Assembly (NCBI RefSeq): GCF_044704955.1
Contig: NC_091988.1
Span: 141,980,001-142,044,000 of the forward strand
Source: Pristiophorus japonicus
Lineage: Eukaryota
Direction: 5' to 3'
Length of the DNA: 64,000 nucleotides
The notes beneath the pieces are model-generated. The model saw only the letters and a program-made list of their open reading frames with translations. It did no database searches and was not told the origin of the DNA. A program made the position numbers and the translations under genes. Shown here piece after piece: positions 35,708 through 47,232 of this stretch. Numbering within the stretch: position 1 is the stretch's first letter; each line of letters opens with the position of its first letter.

Positions 35708-37085
35708 GGCCTTTGCCCACACCGAATATGAAAACGCCTCAACCTGCAGATCTACTGTTAGTAATGGATGCTTTTGAGAGTGAAGGAACTCCTGTCACTG
35801 CTCAACAAGTTAGGATCTGGACCAGAAATGACCCTATCATCAGTTGTGAATTGTTGCGTCCTCAGTGGTGATTGGTCTGCAATATCTATGGAGATGTATG
35901 ATGAGACCAAACCTTACAACCATCACAAAGATGAGCTGTCCAGTCAGTCAGTCAGATTTTTACTGTGGGGTAATCGTGTCATCATGCCAAAGCAAGGTAG
36001 AGAAAAATTTGTACGTGAACTACATAGCACTCATCCCGGTGTTGTCATGATGAAAGCCATTGCTAGGTCTCATGTATGGTGGCCTGGAATTGACTGAGAT
36101 CTGGAATCATGTGTGCATCAGTGCAATACTGTAAAGTACCAGCGGAATCTCCGCTGAGTCTTTGGTCGTGTCCATCTAAACCATTTGAGGATCCACATTG
36201 ATTTTGCGGGTCCTTTCCTGGGAAAAATATTTTTTGTTGTGGTGGATGCATATTTAAATTGGATATGTCATCCAGTACATCTACAGCCACAGTTGAGAGC
36301 CTTCGTGTCATGTTTGCTACTCATGGCTTACCTGACATTGTTGTGAGCGATAACAGGTCTTGTTTCACAAGTCGAATTTCAAGAGTTCACGAAGCTCAAT
36401 GGTATTAGACTGGTCAAGCAGAGCGTGCTGTTCAAAAGATCAAGCAATATGAAACGTGTAACTCAGGGTTCACTGCAGACTCGTTTGTCATGTATATTGC
36501 TCAGTTACAGGACATGATCTCATACGCTTACTGGGGTTTCCCCTGCTGAACTACTGAAGAAGAGAAATCTCAAGACCAAGCTTTCTCTTATTCATCCTGA
36601 TTTGAATGATCGTGTTGAAAACAGACGTCAAAGTCAGCAATGGTATCATGATCGTGATGCTGTGTCACATGATATTTCTGTTAACAATCCAGTTTATGTA
36701 CTGAACTATGGGTCAAGGTCCAAAGTGGATCGTTGGCACGGTTACAGCCAAGGAGGGTAACAGTGCGTTTCTTGTCATGCTCAAGAATGGGCAAATATGC
36801 AGGAAACATGTTGACCAGGTAAAACTGCGGCACACGGATGAACTGGAACCGTTTGAGGCAAATGCAGTCAGTGACCAAGCAACCAACCAATGTTCATTCA
36901 TTAGAGGACTCTGCTGTCATTCCTGAACCTGGATCTTCAGTCTCTGATGTGGTCATTACCATTCCCACACCAGATCTGTTACTCAGCCTTCAGTCACAAC
37001 TGACTCAGAACACTCGCCTCGAACTAAAGTTGATCTGTGACGATCAACTCGTGAGCGGAAAGTCCCAGACCGATATTAAGATCTT

Positions 37086-37095
37086 GAAAGGGGGA
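37086..37095 (+). promoter_or_regulatory. Polypurine tract
   Basis: GAAAGGGGGA immediately before the 3' LTR. Confidence 0.85.
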
Positions 37096-37298
37096 TGTTA
37101 TGTATTGATGCCTGGCATCACCAGACACCAGAGGGCGCTACTGTCGGAGGTCATCAGGCTGTATGTGTGTGTGTGTGCATGGTCACGGGTGTATACAAGT
37201 GTGGGTACTATGACATGCAGGTACTTTGGGCGCAAATAAAGATGGATCAGGTTTACATCTGACGCAATTTACGGTAACAAGACTCTTGAGTCATTACA
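37096..37298 (+). repeat. 3' LTR
   Basis: TGTTATG...CATTACA with AATAAA, followed by the CAAAT TSD. Confidence 0.95.
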
Positions 37299-37779
37299 CA
37301 AATTTTATAAACAAATTGCTGGATTATAATTACATTCATCATTGGCAATGCTCTAACAAAATCTCAGCATTTTAATGTCTGTAAATGTGATGAGACTTGG
37401 ACGACAGACATTTGATAGCTGCAGATGATGTGTTTTGCATTGGGGCACCTAGTGCACAAGGTTACAATGTCTTTATAAAACAATATTACATTGTAGCACT
37501 GTGTACAAAAGTGATAAGAATGATTAATGCTTTAACAGTGTCCACTCAGGCAGTGGATCAGTAATAAAGGTATTAATTTGCCTGCAAACATTAAAGCACA
37601 TAGAGCAAGATAGATTTTCAACTACCGTGAGAGCACTGTAGCCAAACGTAGTACATTAAATTCATTTAATACAATGAATAAATAGCTTAATGAGATTTGA
37701 AACATCTAGTAGTCTCCAAGTATGTGGATAATGCTTCGATTCATGCAATCATTGTAGGGCATAAATTATGTAGATCCAG

Positions 37780-40700
37780 CACATCGAGTCTGCAGCATGG
37801 AAACAGGCCATTCGACCCAACTGGTCTGGGTCCATGAGCCTCCTCCCATCCATCTCCATCTAACCCCATCTCTCTATTCCCGTCTCCCTCACGTGCTTAT
37901 TGAACTTCCCCTTAAAGTCACCTATGGTATTCGCCTCAACTACTCCTTGTGGTAGGGAGTTGCACATTTTTACTATTCTTTGATGTTTCTCCTGAATTCC
38001 CTATTGGATTTATTAGTGACTATCTTATATTTCTGATCTCCAGTTTTAGTCTCCCCACAAATGGAAATATTTTTTCCATGTCTACCCTATCAAACCCTTT
38101 CATTCTTTTAAAGACCTCTATCAGATCACCTCTCCGCCTTCTCTTTTTGAGAGGAAGGAGCCCTATCCCGGTCAGTCTTTCTGGATAGTTACAACCTCTC
38201 AATTCTGGCATCATCCTTGCAAACTTTTTTGCATCTTCTCCAATGCCTCCATATCTTTTTTTTACAATATGGAGACCAATACTGTGCACAGTACTCCAAA
38301 TGTGGTCAAACCAAGGCTCTATACAAGTTTAATATAACCGCTGCTTTTCAACTGCATCGCTCGAGAAATTAACCTTGGTTTGCTCTTTTATTTGATAATG
38401 GGCTTATTAACCTGCGTCGCTACTTTTAGTGATCCGCACATCTGTACCACTGGCTTCCTTTGCTCCTCTACCCCATTTTAGACTATAACCCTCATTATTC
38501 TTCCTACCAAAATGCATCACCTCACACTTACCTACATTGAAATTAATTTGTCAATGAAACGTCTAATCTGCAAGTTTATTGTCTTCTGTTATTGCATCGC
38601 ATTCTTCCCTTGTATCAACTTCACCACCCAATTTGATGGTGTCTGCAAATTTAGAAATCGCACTTTTGATTCCAGAGTTCAAATTGTTAATGAAATTTGT
38701 GAACAGCGGTCTCCACACTGATCTTTGTGGAACATCACTTCATCTTTTGCCAGTCTGAGTAGCTGCCTTCAACCCCTACACTTTGTTCGGTCTTGCAGCC
38801 AGCTTCCTCTCCATTCTGCTGTCTGTCCTCTGACTCCACATGCTCTTGGTCAGGAGTCTATTGTGTGGTACCTTACCAAAGGTCTTTTGAAAATCAAAAT
38901 ATATTACATTACCCTCGTTTACTCTTTGTTACTTCTTCAAAGAATTCAATAAGGTTGGTCAAACATTACCTTCTCTTTTGAAATCTGTGCTGACGATTAC
39001 ATTCTTGGTTTCTAGATGTTTTTCTATTACATCTTCGAGCAAAAATTACATTATCTTTCCTACCACTGAATTTAAGCTAACTGGTCTATAGTTTCCTTGA
39101 CTTGTTCCATCTCCCCTTTTGAATACTGGACAGGAATAACATTAGATTTCCACCAGTCCTCTGGCACTATTCCCTTTTCTAATGAATTGTTAGTACCTCT
39201 GCTAACTTTTTCAAAACTTAATTTAATATACGTGAATGCAATCCATGCGGACCAGGGGTTTTATCTTCTCTAAGTTTGATTAGTTTATTATTTCCCCCTT
39301 TTCTATCTTAAATTACTTTATCTTTTTTGATCCCTTCTAATGTTATGCCCACCTTGTTAGACTCCCTAGTAAATACTGAGGCAACGTACCGATCCAATAT
39401 TTCTGCCCTTTCACTGTCTTTACCTACGAGTTTAGTTTGCGCATCCCTTAACGATCCCATCCCTTTCCTTGTGCGTGTCTGTAGAATACTTCACCATTTC
39501 TTTTTATATTCCTTGTATTTTAATTTTGTAGTTCCAGTTTGCTTTCCTATTTGTTTTTTTACTCCTTTCTTAACTTCATATTCCCTTTTGCAATCCTTTT
39601 CTTTATTTTCTAAGTACTTAGTGTATGTCTTCATCTTTGTCAATTTTACCCTCATCTATTTATTCATCAGTGGCTAGATTATTCTTGGGTTTTTGTGTTT
39701 TTAAAAAAAAAAAGAGGAATACATTTCTCCTGACATTACTGGCCACTGTTTTAATTATTTCCCACTGCTGTTATCTCTCAGTCTGTCAAAAATAAATTCT
39801 CAGTTTCTCATCCCCAGTTCCATTCTCATCACCTCAAAATTATCTTTTTGCCAATCTATTACTTTAGTCTTTCCCTTACTTACGTCTTTCCCATTCATTA
39901 TTTCATACCTTATCGGCTCTGAAATTGCGATGTCCGTGACTGTGTACTCCCAATGCCATCATATTCCCTTTGAAATGCCCCATGTGTGAAATCCGGAACT
40001 TGCAGCCCGTCAACGTATGCACTGACAGCCCATCTGTGAGGGCCCCCAGCAAATCAATCACTGGTGCAGAGTTGGGCTATTTGCCCAGTGACTGGCCAGC
40101 AATTGCCCCTGTAAGTATTACGATATACGCAAAAGGGCATAGGGTACTGTTTGCATCAGGGTAAGAGGATATCCAAGGCTTAAACTAAACATTTTCATAT
40201 TCTAAATTATGCACTGTATTAACTGAGTTTATGCAAATATTGGCCTGTATTATAGTTTTAATAATGTACAAAATTATCAAAAAATTTAATTTTTATTGAG
40301 TTTGGTGTAATGAAGGTACTTGTGAATAAAATTCCAATTCTGTACATTATATAATTATTAGATTTTGGATTCCATTGCATATTAGGGGATATCCTTCATA
40401 AATGATTGAAATGGAATTCTGCTTATTGATTGGATGACCATGCACATGTGATCCCAGGTACGCTTCTGAACCGCCTGCGAATCTGGGATCCATGGGCCAT
40501 TACGCTGCTCTCTGCCTCGAGGCCCGAGACTGCAATTTTTCACAGCCTGGATGCTAGTAAGTACTTTCAGAATTATTTTGCATTAAAGGCATACTCTGGA
40601 GTTACGCCTCCGACTGCAAATTCTAGTCCCTTATGTTATGATCGCTATTGCCGAGATATTTTCCTACACTTACATCGCTTATCTACTCTGGTTCATTTCC

Positions 40701-40810
40701 CATTCCTCTTCTTGTGCACTGCATAAGAAAGGAATCCTGAACACACTAAAAACTCCTCCTCCTTGTCCCCATTCCCTACCTCTGGTAATGTTGAACGCAT
40801 TTTATAAATA
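37780..40810 (-). mobile_element. Long degenerate CR1 LINE, interrupted by the MITE at 39914-40630
   Basis: ORF 38020..38289 (RRRRGDLIEVFK.MKGFDRVD), KFADT remnant near 38640, and NYRPVSL near 39080. The sequence continues across the MITE. Confidence 0.8.
39914..40630. mobile_element. Harbinger-type MITE, degenerate TIRs
   Basis: CGGCTCTGAAATTGC ... GCAAATTTCTAGTCCC; TAT/TTAT duplicated at the junctions; GC-rich ends with an AT-rich core. Confidence 0.7.
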
Positions 40811-41297
40811 TGACTACAACTTCTCACTTTTCCAGTATTGTGTTTTTTAAGCGAGCAAAATATTACATTTAAAAAAACATTTTTAAAGTAGCTGCTAAAA
40901 TCATCAGTTTGCCCTTCCCCAAGTCAACAATCAAATAGCTCTCGAGTCTGCTTCAGGTTTGGAAAGTTGATTTACACACGCTCTTCCAAAATACTATTTT
41001 ACTTCCCAGCTTTGAAACCTTTTGAGATTCTGTCATCATGACACATGATATTCTAGGGATGCTCCTGGTAATATTGTGCACTTTTGAACCAGAATTGAAG
41101 AAATGAACAATTACACTGTGTTTTGGAATGTGCGGTTCAACTTGTGAACCTTCCACACCTCCCCAAGCTTATGATTCTTGTGCATTGATAAATTACATGC
41201 AATTGTTGCAATTTGATTTTTTTTAAGTGACGAATGTCGACTGCAACTTAGATTACAAAAGGTAGTCGAGAAGAGTTGTTAGCTGCTCGTATCGTGG

Positions 41298-41893
41298 CGG
41301 CTAGAGTTTCCGCTCGGTTGCACTGTTTTTTTTCAGTGCAATTCCCCCGATATTTGCATAACTGGCACAAAAGATCATGGAGTTTTAAGCGCAAATAGAG
41401 TTTCAGCGAACTTGTGCTAATTTTAAAAACATCACACATCATGTCCATAAAACTGGCCACACCCCCAGAGTGAATTAATCACCATCGGGAGTTTCCACTG
41501 ATTGCAACCATTTGCAGGCCTTCAAGGAGGCTCCAACAATTACGCTGGATCTTTTGGGTACAAGGACACTAATAGCCAAGTTTTGAAATGTTTCGAATGA
41601 TTTTTTTTTTACAATTTACTAAGGAACTGACCACTGCACCCCAATCAAACTAGAAAATTGTTTTGTATCTTTTTTTTCAGTAATTTTAAGAGACAGACAC
41701 GGATTTTAAATGCTTTTTTTTTTGTGATAAACCCATTTTCAGCTGTATTAATCAATCTTTACCAAGTTACCACTCAGAAATAAAAGGAATATTTAAAAAT
41801 GTGTAAAACATTTTAAAAAGGCTGCCCAATTGCACTGGTTCATAATAGAGTTTGCCTTTGGTGATATGCAAATAAGTGAGTGGAAACTCGACT
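41298..41893. mobile_element. Possible degenerate MITE
   Basis: GGCTAGAGTTTCC ... GGAAACTCGACT imperfect TIR; no clear TSD. Confidence 0.4.
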
Positions 41894-42361
41894 GGGGGAA
41901 GGAGGGGAAGCAGTGGTTCAAGAGAAGGCATGTCACCACCTTCTCTTGGGCAACTACGTATGGGCAATAAATACTGTCTTTGCTAGTGATGAGCATATCC
42001 CAAGAATCAATAAAAACATTCATATATAGATTTATGCAAGAAAGTATGACACTCAGTTTTAACTTGCATCACCATATGGTTTAAATTTAGGGTAAAAACA
42101 GCAAGGGAGCATGATCATTACAAAGACTGCAGAAGTTCAAGGAGTCTCAGGGCAATATGTGACCTTACCAATATCATCCACATTCCAAGAATAATTTTTT
42201 TTTTTAAAAAGCATATTCTTAGTTATGAGAACCAAAAATTAGGGTCGATACTAAAGAGCATCAAGTGCATCAGTTTAGTGTACATGATCAGCATCTATAT
42301 TCTTACAAGTAAAAGTTATTCAGATCCAGACATACAATTAAACCAAAAATATGTTACAAAA

Positions 42362-42487
42362 GCAAAATACTGCAGATGCTGGAAATCTGAAATAAAAACA
42401 GAAAATGCTGGAAATACTCAGCAGGCAGCATCGGTGGAAAGAGAGACCGTGGTAGTTAATGCTTCAGGTCATTGACCCTTCGTCAAA
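42362..42487 (-). repeat. Penelope-associated repeat with a degenerate hammerhead core
   Basis: CTGCAGATGCTGGAAATCTGAAATAAAAACAGAAAATGCTGG...; the minus strand reads TTGACGAAGGGTCAATGACCTGAAGCATTAACT. Confidence 0.65.
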
Positions 42488-43110
42488 AATATGCTAAATC
42501 ATTTTTTAAAAAGGTAGTCTTTGAAAGGTCCTACAAAAAAAGAGTGCACTCTGGAAAGGCAGGTTTAAATGGTTTCTGAAGTGTCAGACACATGGGGACT
42601 CAAGCCCACTATGGTTGTGAACACTAAGCAGCTGAAATTCAGGGTCCCGATAAAGCCCGTTAGCGGCAGCCATGCGGCGGAATCCAGTGGCCGCCGCTTT
42701 GCAGTCAACTGGCCGCCACGACCAAAATTTACTGCATGAGTTTTTGGGGTGGTGTCCACTTCCGCCCCGACCAGCCGATTTCCGTGGCGGTATGGGGCTT
42801 GTGGCAGTTATGACACAATCAAAGTGCGCACCGCTGCCGCGCCACCCCGAACCTATTTTCACTATAAAAAGGCGGGCTGGTTAGTGACCGTGCACTGCTG
42901 GAGGCCGCCAGCTGGTGTGTTGCGATCGGGCTCTTGGGGATCAGAACTGTTGTTGGATTTTTGTGCAACTTTGGAAAAACGGCAGCAGACTTGCGCGAAC
43001 TTTTGCAGAGCGGGCAAACCTTTTTCACTCTCACTCATTAGTCGTGGCCGGTGGGGCGTCATTCTCTGCTCCACAGACACCACCAAGTGAGGGTGGAGCT
43101 TGCAGCCATA

Positions 43111-43645
43111 ATGGGCTCAGTGTTGGCAGGGAAGTGGCTTCTGCACATGGTCAGAGGCAGGGGGGCACGCAGGAGGAGGCAGCGCAGTCACTAACGGGCC
43201 CTCGGACAGCGGGCAAGGGAGGCAGCAGCCATGGCTGCCCAACATGTAGAAGGGCCTGCAGATAGTTGCAGACCTCAACGTCCAGAGGCTGGACAGGAGG
43301 GAGATGGCGTGAGGAAGGCAGCCAGGAACGCTGACCCTACCGCCCCCCCCACCCTCCCAACCCAACCCACCAGATAGATAGTGAGCGAGGAGCCTTGCCA
43401 GCAGCAGCTTCGCGCCATCAGCAGGATGAGGGAGGAGGCACTCTGCCAGCTGGCATGGGAGAGGCCCAGCACAGACCTGTGGCAAGGAGGTCGATCCAGC
43501 AGCACCACTGCAGGAGGAGGCGCGGCAGGAGAAGGAGGAGGAGGTAGTGCCTGATGTGCATCGCGAGCTACCCAGCAGACATCGTCGCCATCCCAACCCT
43601 GCAAGGGAAGTGTAGACACGTCTGATTGCTGCTAGATTCAGATAA
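43111..43645 (+). pseudogene. Harbinger nuclease remnant (N-terminus joined to C-terminus, DDE core missing)
   Basis: MGSVLAG..., then PYRP...SEEPCQQQLR (compare EEQCRRRLR at about 450), then an acidic stretch and AREV*TRLIAARFR*. Confidence 0.65.
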
Positions 43646-43839
43646 TTTCATCCCCACATAACCCTTCAGCTTCTACGTTCCATGAGTATCTTGATACATA
43701 ATTGCCCACCGTCATATTATACACTGTCTAGATATAGGTGCAAAAAATAAAGATTTAATACATCATCAAAATCACTCCAAACAACAAACAGAAATACATC
43801 ATTTGCCACCCTTGCGCATTTCTATATAACCCCTCTTAA

Positions 43840-44654
43840 GCGTGCCTACCCTACCACAGTGCCTCGGTGTCTCCCCTGTGGCTGCCTCATGGGTCTGGGA
43901 AGGCTGCTGTGTTCCCTGTGTGGAAGCTGCAGATGTCCTTCTAGGATGCCCTCGAGCAGTTTGGGCCTGGAAGGGCCAGGTGCAGACTGGTCAGCACCTT
44001 CCTGGGAGGGTTCAGTCTGGCTTGGCTCGGGTGAGGCCATGCCTGGAGGCAGTGGCAGAGTCTGGGGCTAGTGCCGTGGGCTACAGGGAAGGCACCATGT
44101 CTGCCCACAAGTGCCTCAACCCTCACCTCCAAGTGTGTGAGGATTTGAAGGTCGGCTTCGCCACCACCAGTCCTCCTTTGCTCCATTTGACGACGAGCAA
44201 CTTTGGCCTGCAAAACAAAGAATGGTTGGTTTGTAGCATTGTGATGATGCATCAGAAATGAGAGCACAAGTGTGTGTCCCTGACATGCAGCTGTGAGTGA
44301 GTGAGTATGTAATGAAATGCTGCTTCGCTGACTAAAGAGTGAAGGTGGGAAATAAGAGGATAAAGGAAAGGCTCACAGATAGAAGGTGAGCATTTGGTGG
44401 AACAGCTACTCACTTTCATCAAATGAATGATGCCGTTCAACCTTTTCCTGCATTGGGTCATCGTCAGATTATAGATGGAAGTCCCTGACACCTCAACGGC
44501 GATCTCCCTCCGGGCATTACTAAAGACTTGGCGAGTTGGTCCCCCTAAGTCTGGATACAGGTCTCGCCTCTTCCCCTCGACAGCCTGCATGAGGGTCTCC
44601 AGCTCAGTGTCCGAAAATCACCTTGCCCTCCATCCCCACAACAGCACCAGCCAT
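43840..44654 (-). pseudogene. Harbinger Myb/SANT-like gene (exon 1 about 44654-44414, exon 2 from 44207), disrupted
   Basis: RAR*FSDTELETLMQAVEGKRRDLYP...REIAVEVS...TMTQCRKRLNGI, GTGAGT donor, TTTTGCAG acceptor, then AKVARRQMEQRRTGGGEADLQILTHLEVRV. Confidence 0.85.
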
Positions 44655-44861
44655 GGCCTACAATGCAAGGTCTTCCCTCCTCAGGTCCAAGCTGCAAACC
44701 CTGGCCGAGCAGCTGGCTCATTGGCTGGAATTCACCATAACGGTGAATTTCCCAGTGTGAATAGCGCCCCAATCAACCCATCCACACCGCTGCATGGTGA
44801 TCATGGGGAGAAGGCGGTAACGTGAGCCAGCTTTCTGTTGGCACTGAATTTGGGCTCCTAA

Positions 44862-45195
44862 GTGTGCTGCACTGTCAGAGATGCTGTCTTTCAGATCAAA
44901 AGTTAAGCCGAGTCTCCATCTGTCTGCTCAGGTGGCTGTAAAAGATCTCATGCCAATATTTGAAGAATAGTAGAGAGTCCTCCCCGTTCCCTGGTCAACA
45001 TCCCTTGCTCAACTAATACCACCAAAAGCAGATTATCTGGTCATTCATCTCATTTTCTTTTTCTGGAGCCTTGCTTCAGCAAATTGGCCTCCATGTTTGC
45101 CTACAAAATAACATGACTTCCTTTTGAAAGTAATTCATTGATTGAAAAGTGCATGGGATATTGCAACACAATAGGATGCTATATAAATGCAAGTT
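44862..45195 (+). mobile_element. Deu-domain SINE body (head at about 42580-42627, split off by the Harbinger)
   Basis: GTGCTGCACTGTCAGAGATGCTGTCTTTCAGAT...GCTATATAAATGCAAGT; B-box-like GACTCAAGCCCACT lies left of the transposon. Confidence 0.8.
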
Positions 45196-45740
45196 CTGCA
45201 TCTAAAACACATTGTTTGTCAGGCTTTACTAAAATTCATGCTATAGTAAAGATTACACATGGGGTGAGGGGAGGAGTGAACCCGAAATGGACAGTCAATT
45301 CCTGAAAAAAAAGCATCAACACGATTGGGCTGTTTTGAATGTGGCCAACAATAGATGACTAGTTTTGCCTTAATAAATGAAGTAGAATGACCTGCTCATT
45401 GCAGAGTAAGGTTCTTACAGCTAATTTTAAAGACAATTTGTATATAGTCTTTTCAATGATTTAATGGGCAGGTGAAAATATTTCTCCTTTGGATTCTCCA
45501 CTCACCTAAACTGTTCAATAAAATCTTGAAAAGATTACCACCTTCATTAATATATTTGGAATTGAGTGACAATTCAAATCAGGTGATACAATAAAGTATC
45601 AGTCTGCAGAGATGCATTGAGTGACATTGCAAATCAAGTGATATTTTATCACATTAGTCTGGTAGACATGCAATTGTTTTTTCTAAACTCTCTTCATTCT
45701 TTTGCTGATATTAAATTTACACTCTAGTTGCTGACTCAAT

Positions 45741-46463
45741 GGCCCTCAAATTCCAATGTCCCGGGTCCGTACAAACTTCGTACGGACCCGGGAAGGCATC
45801 GGAAAAGCCGGTTTTCAGCGCACAATGTGCATGCGCTGAAAACCGGCTTTTCCGATCTGTCAAGTTTCTGGCTTGACAGATCCAACTCATAGCGGGAGCG
45901 AGTACGCTTGCAGGGCAAGATTTCCGATATTTACGAATATCTTGCCCTGCAAATGTCCTTTAAAATCTTGCGCTTTAAAAAAGCAGGCGTATAGCTTACT
46001 TTTACAGTAGCGTGTTTAAAAATACACAAAAACATTCTAAAATAGTTATAAAAACACATTTTGTTAAAAACCCTCCACACTACCGTGTTTATTTTAAGGC
46101 TTAATTAAAAAAAAGTTTTTAAAAAGTCGGGAAAATATATTTTTTTATAACAACTTTAAATGAATGTTAAATATGTAGTTTATTTTCTATTTTTTTTTTA
46201 AATTGTATTTTGGGGCGGGGGGGGGGGGGGTTCTCATTCATAGTAATAGGAGTTCCGGACTTATGCAATGAGAATCTATACTTCACCTGACTGGCTGCTG
46301 TCTCCAGCTCCTGGCCTGCACACGTCCCCACGTGCACGCGTTGTCACCAGAGGCCTCAGGCTCGGAAGTTCCAACGGGCGCAGCAGCAACAGGTAAGTGC
46401 GCATCTTTTTTCTCTTTTTCTGTCATTTGCGCGCGGGAAGAGCTCGACTGGAATTTAAGAGCC
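45741..46463. mobile_element. Harbinger-type MITE
   Basis: TIRs GGCCCTCAAATTCCA and TGGAATTTAAGAGCC (13/15 match); AAT TSD on both sides; internal palindrome CGGAAAAGCCGGTTTTCAGCGCA...TGCGCTGAAAACCGGCTTTTCCG. Confidence 0.92.
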
Positions 46464-46509
46464 AATGACTCGTTTCCACATTTACATTTCCCAAAATTAT
46501 CTGAATCAA

Positions 46510-47232
46510 GCATCTCTATTAGATCCTTTTTTAACCTTCTAATTAGAGCCCAATTTCTCTAACTTCTCCTCATAACTAAGCCTCTCATCCCTCAGATCAT
46601 CTTAGTGAATCTCTTCTGCACCTTCCCCATATTCTTAACATCCTTCCCATAAAAAGATGCCCCAAAACTGGCAATATTCTATCTGTGACCCAACTAATGA
46701 TTTGTATTAGTTTAGCATTTCCTCTTTGATACAGGTACTTTACACCCCTGCTAATAAACCCAGGATCCCATATGCTTTTGTTTTTACAACTGTATCAACA
46801 TATCCCCCTCCTTCAAAGATTTGTATATCTGAACCCTTGCTTCTTTCTTCCATTTAGTGTATGTGTCCTCTCCTAATTCTTCCTCCAAAATGCTTCTCAT
46901 AGACCGAAACAGTTTATGTTCTCCTGAAGACATGTATAGTCCTCTTCACAGTGACCATATTTCCAATTGTGTGTTGGCTATAAATTTTGATAATAGCCCT
47001 ATACCCAAGTTAGATAATTTATATCTTGAGAACCATATTCCCACAATGAACTCTGGGGAGTTGTGGGATATCCCTCCAGTCCAAATAAACTCCATTAACC
47101 AACTACTCTCAAAATTACTCCGTTTTATCACCAAGTTTCCTAAATGCCATCTTATTAAACATTTTTGGAAAATCCATATACACAACATCCATTGCATTTC
47201 CTTTATCACTGCACTTTGAAATTTCCTCAAAG
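46510..47232 (-). mobile_element. CR1 LINE, degenerate
   Basis: Minus-strand DVVYMDFPKMFNK and the 3' coding segment are recognisable. Confidence 0.7.

Larger units (their letters stand above)
31018..37060 (+). pseudogene. Gypsy gag-pol pseudogene
   Basis: Gag GEDWVDFVDCLDQYFVAN; two CCHC knuckles CWRCGGNHWPHQC and CNGCSKVGHHQKMC; protease ELNTG (catalytic D changed to N); RT WASPIIPVLKSDGTVRICGDYK...FQDAILV (DD broken); RNase H LACDASSYG; integrase ELHSTHPG...KAIARSHVWWPGID. Many stops and frameshifts. Confidence 0.95.
30786..37298 (+). mobile_element. Full-length Ty3/Gypsy LTR retrotransposon (inactive) with three nested insertions
   Basis: LTRs at 30786-30979 and 37096-37298; CAAAT TSD (30781-30785 and 37299-37303); PBS and PPT present; domain order gag-PR-RT-RNaseH-IN. 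Confidence 0.97.
42628..44858 (-). mobile_element. PIF/Harbinger transposon, internally deleted, inserted into a SINE
   Basis: Imperfect TIRs GCAGCTGAAATTCAG and CTGAATTTGGGCTCC; perfect TAA TSD (42625-42627 and 44859-44861); convergent gene remnants. Confidence 0.88.
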
